Positions 21,373 through 33,719 of a stretch of DNA of 33,719 bases are shown here, piece by piece. Under the pieces are notes generated by a model, which was not told where the DNA came from, did not search any database, and worked only from the letters and a program-made list of their open reading frames with translations. The stretch's first letter is position 1. Every line of letters starts with the position of its first letter. Position numbers and translations under genes: made by a program. The stretch is from Guillardia theta CCMP2712 (Eukaryota; Protista; Cryptophyta): the NCBI RefSeq assembly GCF_000315625.1, contig NW_005434660.1, forward strand, positions 599,148 through 632,866. The letters run 5' to 3'.

Positions 21373-21455
21373 TCGGTCTTGAGCAAAAACTGTCTTGTTA
21401 CAACCTTAGTAAGGTCGATGTGATATCTGCGTGACTTTGGACTAGTACAAGTCTA
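21373..21455 (+). repeat. Left copy of an ~80-bp direct repeat bracketing the retroelement mosaic
   Basis: TCGGTCTTGAGCAAAAACTGTCTTGTTACAAC...GTGATATCTGCGTGACTTTGG..TAGTACAAGTCTA. It matches 29435-29512 except for a 5-nt indel and 3 substitutions. Confidence 0.92.
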
Positions 21456-22473
21456 ACAAACTTGTATTCCGTCACGTAAACGCTCAGCGACGCCACTGGA
21501 CGTCCGTACCCCTCCCGGTAGCGCCTGTTGCTTGGCCCTACCTCGAGGTTGTTGGAGACTGAGGGGCCGGGCCGTCTGGCTCCGAGGTTGGACAACTCTA
21601 CTCGGAGGCTAGCGAGGAGGACTACCTCGAGCGGTACCGTGCTCCTGTGTCCAGCCTCCCTCCGTCCCGGCGCTGCCCCACTGCCAGCCTGAGTGCCAGG
21701 CGGACCCCCGGGCAACGCCGGCTCCTTGTCGGCGGCTGCCTTTTCTCCGTCCACGGCCGCCAGCCGCTTGAACGGTGGCGGCAGCGGACGTCTCGACTGA
21801 CAGTGGTCAGTCGGCTGCCTCCGGGTATCGCGTCTAAGGGATTGTATTCCTCCTGCATGCTGTTGCTTGATTGCTTGACCCTTAGGCTGCTTGTCTGCGC
21901 GGCTTCGCGCTTGGGCTGGCCCGCCGATGCCGGGTCCGAGGCTGCTGACGGTTAACAGCAGTGCTGGTTGTTTTCGGGCTTGTGTTTTGTGTGTGATTGT
22001 GCAGCTTCTCGCTGTGCGCTGTGTGCCAGGAGGTTTAGCTTGTTCCTGCTTTGTTTTGCTTGAGGCACTTTTTACCTTATGCGAGTAAAACTTCTCCTAG
22101 TACACATACTTGGTTTGCGCGCTCTCGTCGACTCGTCTCTAGCGCCGGCTCCTTGTCGGCGGCTGCCCTTTCTTCGTCTGCGACCGCCAGCTTTGCGGCG
22201 GCGGCGGACGTCTCGTCGACTGACAGTGCCAGTCGCGTCTAAGGGGGTTTCATTTTGGACGTCCCCTCCTGCTGCTAGTTACCCCTCCTCTGACAGACTG
22301 TTGCTTGACCCTCGCAGCTTGTCTGCGCGGCATCGCGCGTGGCGGAGGAATGAAGTGCTCATGTGACGAGTCGACGAGAGATCACTCTAGCGGTACCGTG
22401 TTCCTGTGTCCAGCCTCCCTCCGTCCGCTGCCCCAGGCGGACCCCCGGGCAACGCCGGCTCCTTGTCGGCGGC

Positions 22474-24834
22474 CATGCCGTTCACAAACCCATATGCAGC
22501 CCCTAGCAAATCTGGTCTTTTTTTTTCTACTTTTTTTGGGGTTCACATGGGTTCCGTATATACACTCTCTGTTGACTACCCCCTGTTTTCACCGATCAAA
22601 GGGGGGGTAGAGAGACTGGACATAAGCGGGGTGGGGTGATTTGAATTCCTCTGGCGTGGAACCCTTCCCCCGCCTTGGTTTTAGAGGTACTGCAATTTTA
22701 GTTTTACCCATCAAATACATGGTAGTATAGATTGTACTGTATGAAAACATATTGGTACAAAAGAGAGGTTTCATGGTACAGAAGTTCCCCCCTCCACCAC
22801 CCTACCCCCTTTTTATCTCCTCACACTGAGAGGATATATGAATCCACAGAGAAATCCCTCAATGCTCACTGTTATGAATACTCACTGTTATGCGCCTCCA
22901 CCAGTCATTTATGTCGCATGACGTTTCTTCCTCAACAGCATCCCGTCACTGTGCGCTAGAGGAACGGGCTTCCTGGCAGTCTCCTCTCCATCAGGAGATT
23001 CTGTTCCTGGAGCCGCCCCGGGTGTTCGGCCTCTGCATACTAGAGCGGACCGTCCGACAAGTACGTGCAGCCGGGGTGGGAGCTGGAGAACGCTATCAGG
23101 GATGCGACTAGGCTGGCACCAAGAGCTGAGGAGGCTAGTCGTCCTCTTCTACGCTGGCCATGGGATGAAGGCAGGAAGGGCCAAAGAAGACGACCTGATC
23201 CCCTGTGAGGTAGGGACGATGGAGACCGAGGAGGAGGTAGAGGACTACACTGTGACTCTCAGTCTGTTTCCTTGTTGTCATCGATGCCTGCAGATACCGG
23301 GAGGGCCTGCAGGAGACGGGACGGCTGCTCCCGCAGCAGGCGGCGAAAGACGGTCCTGCCTCGATCATTCAACTGCTGGTGCCTGACAGAGACAAACAGC
23401 TTCTTTGGGAGGAAGCTATTTCGAAATTGAAGAGAAGGAAGACGTCAAAGCACTTCCTTTCAAAATTAGGGGTGTTGCTTTCAAGTTAGTCAGATCAATC
23501 GGACAAGCGAGACTGCTGCAGTCTTTCTATTTGCACAGCATGATGTCAGGGCATGTGGGCGATCAGTTTGTACATTTCTACGAGAAATATGGCATTCAAC
23601 TAGCCTGACTATTGAACATGTCGTGCATCGAGCACCGACATCAACTTCAGGGAAGAGATGCATATCGAGCTGCTGCCATGATCGGGAACAGCTACATTGG
23701 ACTCGGAGAAGAAGAAAACTGCTACTGCATCTAACGGGCAACTTGACCATGTGTGGGATATGCACTGTCCATGCGATAGTCACTGATGGACCTTCACGCA
23801 ATGCAGATGACAAGAAGAAATTCAACAATTCGGTTCGAGCACACTTCACTTTGTTGTGGCAGTCCTTCAAAGTAAATTAATGTCTGAGTAAAGTCGCGTT
23901 CAATCTGGATGCCTCCAAATCTCTGTGTGAAACGTGCACAATCGTACCATTCTTTCGAACTTGAAAGAGATGCATGTGTATTGCGTCCTCTAATTTCGTT
24001 TCAAGGTGACTGTCAGTGCGCCCTCGAAATATAACGAACCTGATCCAGGTTCTATCATGTAGGGTTCATCCTTGAAAGGCACAGGAAATTCTCTGTTAAT
24101 GACGAGATTCTGTAAGAGTGATGTACTGATGGTCCAACTGCACTGGCCTTTTCATCCAGGGTTTCAAGAAGGGCTTCCCACGTTTGCGAAACCAGTTAAT
24201 TATACTACCGTAGTCTTAATCTTGTGCAGATCGATGTTGAGACGGAAGAAATCAGTTTGTTTTCTGGTTTTAAAGAAGTTGACATTCTTCCTTTCCAATT
24301 TCGGATGATTCCACTTCGAAATTTCCCATTGACATCAGTAAACCTCACACCATGACATGGTACCAGATTGAATGACATGTCTAAACCTTCAACGTGGTGT
24401 AGTAATTCAAAGTGCACAGAATGATCGAAGGCATTTGCTGCAAGGAACAACGGTGCCTCTTGGATGTATCTCATGCGAATGAAGAGGATCAACTTGTTCT
24501 CTTGCTCCAATCTCCTCCTTTTGGCAATGCCGAGCGATGAGGCAGCCCTTGACGACGGTGGCCGCCCTGATTGCGCCGCCATTGTCCGTCAAGGCAAGGA
24601 GGATTGCAACTGGTACTGAAAGTAGTACCATAGGGTATGTGTCGGTACCGTACTGTAACTTAGGCTACCGTTAAAATAACTTGTAAAGAGGATTGTTGAA
24701 ATAAACTAAAACAAATGGGTACTATGAAGTGGGGTCTCTAACTCGTTTATCAAAATAGCACGCCTAGGAAAAAAAAGACCCTGCCGAAAAATTTAAGTGC
24801 CAAATTAACGAAAGGCCTGAAAGTGAACGGCATG
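22474..24834. mobile_element. 2361-bp TIR element (non-autonomous DNA-transposon-like) inserted without a TSD
   Basis: Perfect 12-bp TIR CATGCCGTTCAC (22474-22485) / GTGAACGGCATG (24823-24834), plus a subterminal inverted match GGTCTTTTTTTT (~22514) / AAAAAAAAGACC (~24769-24780). The flanks rejoin exactly to CCTTGTCGGCGGC|TGCCCTTTC, as in the uninterrupted copy at 22151-22172. Confidence 0.88.
23010..23300 (+). pseudogene. Decayed caspase/metacaspase-like (peptidase C14) domain fragment
   Basis: Motifs occur in the correct order but across shifting frames: RVFGLCI; DKYVQPGWELENAIRDATRL; VVLFYAGHG (GHG at 23156-23164); DDLIPCEV; FLVVIDACR (DACR at 23283-23294). Linkers are shorter than in intact domains. 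Confidence 0.75.
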
Positions 24835-24951
24835 TGCCCTTTCTCCGTCCGCGGCCGCCCGCTTTGTGGCAGCAGCGGACGTCTCGACTGACAGTGGTCA
24901 GTCGGCTGCCTCCGGGTATCGCGTGCTTGAGGCACTTTTTACCTTAGGGTC

Positions 24952-25800
24952 TTGCAGTCTACCGTCTTCGCTCATTTTCCTGAGCGAGACCTGAGCCACT
25001 CTCCGATGCGAGTCTCGAGCTACTACCCCCTCAAGGCCTTCCCGCACCGCTATGCTCAGATGCTCGACTGCTATCTCCATGGCATGCCGATCTGCCAGTG
25101 TCCGACAAAATGTGATGGATGTCAGCGCGAGCTCGATCCCTCCGTTGCTGCACATCATCTCCAGACCTGCAAACGCCGATCCTCCAAGCTTCCCACGGCG
25201 CATGACAACCTTACTCGTACGATTCGGTCGATGCTGAACGAAGCTGGTCTTCAGAGCGTCATCGATACAGTGGGGGATCCTCGTTCTCGACGGCAGGTAC
25301 CCTCCCATCCTCATGGCCGCAAGATGAAGGGCGATATCCACATTCCTGGAATCCGCGATCGAGGGTCCGAGCAGTACGAGGGCTTGATGGCGGACGTGAC
25401 GTTGGTCCACCCTTACATTGGTAGCTCTGCCGACCTGTACCTGACCAAGTGGGGGGAGGTCAACCTCGACGCCCTCCATGTTGCAGCGTCTGAGAAGATT
25501 CGCAAACATCGCGCTGCATTGCCATGACTACTCCCCTCGAGCGTTCATTCCCTCTTGCCATCTCGACGGACGGTACCCTGCATCCTGACACCCTCCGCTT
25601 CATCTGGTATCTCGCGGACATCATTGCTCAGCGCTCGATGCCTCTGAGGATGCGGCGTTTGGTCGGCACTTCGTGCCTGATGACGGACCTGCTGCTGAGG
25701 TCTTGGCTCGCAAACGCGCCGCCACCCATCAGCGCCTCACCATGCAGCTGACGCTGGAAGCGCTCTTGTCTGGTGCGAGGCGCATGACGCCCTTGCGGGC
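24952..25800 (+). pseudogene. Zn-knuckle plus restriction-like endonuclease (PD-(D/E)xK) domain of a non-LTR retrotransposon, frameshifted
   Basis: CDGC...HHLQTC knuckle; AHDNLTRTI; RKMKGDIHI; MADVTLVHP; AASEKIRKH; then FIPLAISTDGTLHP after a frameshift near 25520. This is the order expected for a CRE/R2-group C-terminus. Confidence 0.78.
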
Positions 25801-27194
25801 GCAAGCACTTCTCGAGCCAGAGGACAGCTCATCCTCGGACTTTGTCGAGTCGCCCGAGGAGTCTTCGCCGGAGGTCTCCGACTCCGATGGGGGACACACT
25901 TCGAGTGGCCCCGACGATCGGCGCGGAGCTGGCGAGGCGTCTCCGTCCCTCACTGTGACGTCGGGTGCCTCCGGAGAGCTCGAGGATGCAGGGTACCGTC
26001 GACCGTCGAGATGGCAAGAGGGATGAACGCTCGAGGGGGAGTAGGCATAGCATATGAAGCGCGATGTTTGCGAATCTTCTCAGACGCTGCAACATGGGCG
26101 CGGCTGAAAACAACCAGCACTGCTGGCACCCAGACGCGGCACCGCCAGCCCAAGCGCGAAGCCGCGCAGACAAGCAGCCTAAGGGTCAAGCAATCAAGCA
26201 ACAAGCAGCAGGAGCATGCAGGAGGAATAACATCCCTTAGACGCGATACCCGGAGGCAGCCGACTGACCACTGTCAGTCGAGACGTCCGCAGCTTCTCGC
26301 TGTGGACTGTGTGCCTGCCGGTTCAGCTTGTTCCTGCTTTGTTTTGCTTGAGGCACTTTTTACCTTCTGCCAGTAAATCCTATATATATATATATCCGCT
26401 GCCGCCACAAAGCGGGCGGCCGCGGACGGAGAAAGGGCAGCCGCCGACAAGGAGCCGGCGCTGCCCGGGGGTCCGCCAGGGGCAGCGAACGGAGGGAGGC
26501 TGGACACAGGAACACGGTACCGCTCGAGGTAGTCCTCCTCGCTAGCCTCCGAGTCAGCGGTAGCCGAGTCAGTGGTAGCCGCCCGTGACGGCGGCGACGC
26601 CGCGGCAATGCCCAAGGACCGGCGTGACCCGACCGATGCCGGGGAGGAAGCAGGCGAGCTCGGACCAGCAGCATTGGTGTCGAGCTCTCCGGAGGCACCC
26701 GACGTCACAGTGAGGGACGGAGACGCCTCGCCAGCTCCGCGCCGATCGTCGGGGCCACTCGAAGGGTTTCCCCCATCGGAGTCGGAGACCTCCGGCGAAG
26801 ACTCCTCGGGCGACTCGACAAAGTCCGAGGATGAGCTGTCCTCTGGCTCGAGAAGTGCTTGCGCCCGCAAGGGCGTCATGCGCCTCGCACCAGACAAGAG
26901 CGCTTCCAGCGTCAGCTGCATGGTGAGGCGCTGATGGGTGGCGGCGCGTTTGCGAGCCAAGACCTCAGCAGCAGGTCCGTCATCAGGCACGAAGTGCCGA
27001 CCAAACGCCGCATCCTCAAGAGGCATCGAGCGCTGAGCAATGATGTCCGCGAGATACCAGATGAAGCGGAGGGTGTCAGGATGCAGGGTACCGTCCGTCG
27101 AGATGGCAAGAGGGATGAACGCTCGAGGAGGAGTAGTCCTGCTTTGTTTTGCTTGAGGCACTTTTTACCTTCTGCCAGTAAATCCTATATTGGT

Positions 27195-27757
27195 AGTCAT
27201 AGCATATGCAGCGCGATGTTTGCGAATCTTCTCAGACGCTGCAACATGGAGGGCGTCGAGGTTGACCTCCCCCCACTTGGTCAGGTCGGCAGAGCTACCA
27301 ATGTAAGGGTGGACCAACGTCACGTCCGCCATCAAGCCCTCGTACTGCTCGGACCCTCGATCGCGGATTCCAGGAATGTGGATATCGCCCTTCATCTTGC
27401 GGCCATGAGGATGGGAGTGGATATAGGATTTACTGGCAGAAGGGAAAAAGGGTACCTGCCGTCGAGAACGAGGATCCCCGACTGTATCGATGACGCTCTG
27501 AAGACCAGCTTCGTTCAGCATCGACCGAATCGTACGAGTAAGGTTGTCATGCGCCGTGGGAAGCTTGGAGGATCGGCGTTTGCAGGTCTGGAGATGATGT
27601 GCAGCAACGGAGGGATCGAGCTCGCGCTGACATCCATCACATTTTGTCGGACACTGGCAGATCGGCATGCCATGGAGATAGCAGTCGAGCATCTGAGCAT
27701 AGCGGTGCGGGAAGGCCTTGAGGGGGTAGTAGCTCGAGACTCGCATCGGAGAGTGGC
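27195..27757 (-). pseudogene. Second copy of the Zn-knuckle/RLE domain, with an in-frame 33-nt insertion
   Basis: ORF 27165-28346 contains HSPMRVSSYY...CDGC...KGDIHI...ADVTLVHP...EKIRKHRAAY, nearly identical to 24997-25520, with QVP[FFPSASKSYIH]SHPHG inserted. Confidence 0.78.
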
Positions 27758-29434
27758 ACAGTGAGGGACGGAGACGCTTGGCCGGCTCCGCGCCGATCGT
27801 CGGCGCCACTCGACGTGTTTCCCCCATCGGAGTCGGAGACCTCCGGCGAAGACTCCCCCTCGGGCGACTCGACAAAGTCCGAGGAGGAGCTGTCCTCTGG
27901 CTCGAGAAGTGCATAGGATTTACTGGCAGAAGTGCTTGCGCCCGCAAGGGCGTCATGCGCCTCGCACCAGACAAGAGCGCCTCCAGCGTCAGCTGCATAG
28001 TGAGGCGCTGATAGGTGGCGGCGCGTTTGCGAGCCAAGACCTCAGCTAGCAGGTCCGTCATCAGGCACGAAGTGCCGACCAAACGCCGCATCCTCAAGAG
28101 GCATCGAGCGCTGAGCAATGATGTCCGCCAAATACTAGACGAAGCGGAGGGTGTCAGGATGCAGGGTACCGTCGACCGTCGAGATGGCAAGAGGGATGAA
28201 CGCTCGAGGGGGAGTAGGCATAGCATATGAAGCGCGATGTTTGCGAATCTTCTCAGACGCTGCAACATGGGCGCGGCTGAAAACAACCAGCACTGCTGGC
28301 ACCCAGACGCGGCACCGCCAGCCCAAGCGCGAAGCCGCGCAGACAAGCAGCCTAAGGGTCAAGCAATCAAGCAACAAGCAGCAGGAGCATGCAGGAGGAA
28401 TAACATCCCTTAGACGCGATACCCGGAGGCAGCCGACTGACCACTGTCAGTCGAGACGTCCGCTGCCGCCACAAAGCGGGCGGCCGCGGACGGAGAAAGG
28501 GCAGCCGCCGACAAGGAGCCGGCGCTGCCCGGGGGTCCGCCAGGGGCAGCGGACGGAGGGAGGCTGGACACAGGAACACGGTACCGCTCGAGGAACGAAC
28601 AGGATTTACTGGCAGAAGGTAAAAAGTGCCTCAAGCAAAACAAAGCAGGAACAAGCTGAACCGGCAGGCACACAGCGCACAGCGAGAAGCTGCACAATCA
28701 CACACAAAACACAAGCCCGAAAACAACCAGCACTGCTGGCACCCAGACGCGGCACCGCCAGCCCAAGCGCGAAGCCGCGCAGACAAGCAGCCTAAGGGTC
28801 AAGCAATCAAGCAACAAGCAGCAGGAGCATGCAGGAGGAATAACATCCCTTAGACGCGATACCCGGAGGCAGCCGACTGACCACTGTCAGTCGAAGTGTT
28901 TCCCCATCGGGGACCTCCGGAGACCTCAGCAGCGGCAGGCCCGTCATCAGGCACGAAGTGCCGTCCAAACGCCGCATCCTCAAGAGGCATCGAGCGCTGA
29001 GCAATGATGTCCGCCAGATACCAGATGAAGCGGAGGGTGTCAGATACGGATTTACTGGCAGAAGGTAAAAAGTGCCTCAAGCAAAACAAAGCAGGAACAA
29101 GCTGAACCTCCAGGCACACAGCGCACAGCGAGAAGCTGCACAATCACACACAAAACACAAGCCCGAAAACAACCGTCAGCACTGCTGGCACCCAGACGCG
29201 GCACCGCCAGCCCAAGCGCGAAGCCGCGCAGACAAGCAGCCGAAGGGTCAAGCAAGCACGCAGGAGGAATACAATCCCTTAGACGCGATACCCGGAGGCA
29301 GCCGACTGACCACTGTCAGTCGAGACGTCCGCTGCCGCCACAAAGCGGGTGGCCGCGGACGGAGAAAGGGGAGTCCGCGCCGCCCGCAAGGGCGTCATGC
29401 GCCTCGCACCAGACAAGCCTTGTAACAAGACAAT

Positions 29435-29512
29435 TCGGTCTTGAGCAAAAACTGTCTTGTTACAACTAAGGTCAATGTGATATCTGCGTGACTTTGGTTT
29501 AGTACAAGTCTA
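29435..29512 (+). repeat. Right copy of the ~80-bp direct repeat, preceded by a 13-nt inverted copy of its own interior
   Basis: Matches 21373-21455. TTGTAACAAGACA (29420-29432) is the exact reverse complement of TGTCTTGTTACAA (29453-29465). Confidence 0.92.
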
Positions 29513-30070
29513 TTTTGACGGTCGGGATCCGATCGGCCCGACGGTCTCGACGGCCGCGTGACTGCCGCCGAGTCGACCGTCTTTACTTTTACTTTACAAG
29601 TCTATCCTAACCGATAGCCCCCTGGAGGTCCACCCACGGTCCTAGCAGGAATCTGAGGCCGGTACTAAAGAAGAGTTCCATAGTGTAGGAGAAAATCTTT
29701 GTGCAGTAGTATTTGTTTTAATAATACTATACATATTTTGATATAAAATTATAGAAATACTGATCGATTAGATATACTGTACCGCAGGGCCCCTCCATAT
29801 TGTACCATCTCATACATTTTAATTATTTGTACTAGACAAGTTTTAGATTAGCAGTGACCCCTTGGTTTCGATTGCCTTACCCCCCCTCACCCCCTACCCC
29901 ATGGTGTAGGGGATACTTCCACTCGACAGGTATCAAAGTACCCCTTCTTTTACCCTTCCTGAATCCCCTCCTTTTTCACCCCACCCCACTTCTGTCTCCC
30001 CATTTCCACACTACCCTGAATGGTCCCGGCAAAGCGTTGAGCCCCTACAAGAAAAGAGACTGAACAAGTA

Positions 30071-30160
30071 GGAGAGAGGAGAGAGAAGAGAGAAGAGAGG
30101 AGAGAGAAGAGAGAAGAGAGAAGTAGGAGAGAGAAGAGAGAAGAGAGAAGAGAGAAGAGA
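30071..30160. repeat. (AGAGA)n purine microsatellite
   Basis: Directly visible. Confidence 0.9.
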
Positions 30161-30209
30161 CTCAGAGGAGAGAAACGAATCCAAAAATTGCGCTAAAGCT
30201 ACAACACCA

Positions 30210-33144
<2,935 letters not shown>

Positions 33145-33719
33145 CCGGCAGCTCATCCTTGAGGGTGCGAGGAGGAGGAGAGAAGATAAAAGAATGGAAG
33201 AGGAGGAGAGGAGGAGGAGAAGAAAAAAGAGGCTATAAGAGTAAGAGAATAAACTTCAAGTCATTGTGTAATCCATGACTCCTGCACTTCTGACTGCTCA
33301 CTCTCTTCCTGTCTCACTGGATAATCTCTTCCCCGTCGCAGAAGCTGCTAGTTTGTCAGCTTCACGTCTCTCCCACAAGGGGGAGTGAGCCTCACCTGAT
33401 GCTGCAGCAGTCCGTTCTTCGCCTTCTCCTCCTCTAGCAACTAGAAGCAGCGAGATTACTCCCTTCCCTTCATTCTTCTACAAACTCCTTCCTCCTCCCT
33501 CGAAATCTTCCCGCTGTTCTTCTCTCCTTCTTGCTCTCCCTCTCCTCTCCTTGTTTCTCCTCATCTATCCCTTCTCCTCCTCAATCCTCAGCATATTTTC
33601 CCGCGCGCTCTCTCAGTGCCCTTGTTTCTCTTCATTTCATTCTGCCCCTCCCTCCCCTCGCCTCCCCTCGCTCCTCCTCCTCCCTCCCTCCTCCCTCCTC
33701 CTCCTCCTCCTCCTCCTCC

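Larger units (their letters stand above)
21601..29417. mobile_element. Mosaic of rearranged 3' fragments of an RLE-type (CRE-like) non-LTR retrotransposon, in both orientations
   Basis: The same modules (endonuclease-coding, Ser/Ala-rich tail, 3'UTR, terminus ...GAGGCACTTTTTACCTTCTGCCAGTAAATCC) recur many times. Plus orientation: ~21601-22092, 22140-22340, 22387-22473 joined to 24835-24945, 24950-25983, 26290-26395, 27137-27190. Minus orientation: ~25984-26290, 26396-27137, 27190-29417. No RT domain was seen. Confidence 0.8.

Noticed and set aside
22474-24834. hAT-family assignment based on the CA...TG termini
   Set aside because: hAT elements make 8-bp TSDs; the flanks here (TCGGCGGC / TGCCCTTT) are not duplicated.
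26859-28795. Long plus-strand ORFs (301 aa, 214 aa) in the mosaic
   Set aside because: Antisense shadows of GC-rich retroelement fragments with no recognisable motifs.

Overview
Eukaryotic, intron-dense, GC-rich nuclear DNA with short GT-AG introns and purine/pyrimidine microsatellites. The style resembles a cryptophyte such as Guillardia theta; this is inference, not a search result. Recognisable host genes are an EamA/DMT transporter, a PDZ plus coiled-coil protein, PRMT5, ChaC, a BT1 folate-biopterin transporter and a multi-EF-hand protein. Two accessory islands stand out. (1) About 4.4-7.8 kb: an intronless, AT-richer, apparently intact 642-aa Fanzor1 (eukaryotic TnpB-like RNA-guided nuclease; RuvC D401/E563/D618, Zn finger, N-terminal basic NLS-like run). 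It has a highly structured putative omega-RNA directly behind the stop codon, no transposase in the window, and two tandem arrays upstream (4 x ~88 bp, and 7.4 x 73 bp in an A-A-B higher-order pattern). (2) About 21.4-29.5 kb: a scrambled mosaic of 3' fragments of an RLE-type (CRE-like) non-LTR retrotransposon, bracketed by ~80-bp direct repeats. A 2361-bp element with perfect 12-bp TIRs has inserted into it with no target-site duplication and carries a decayed caspase/metacaspase-like (C14) gene. Exon boundaries of multi-exon genes were read by eye and are approximate.
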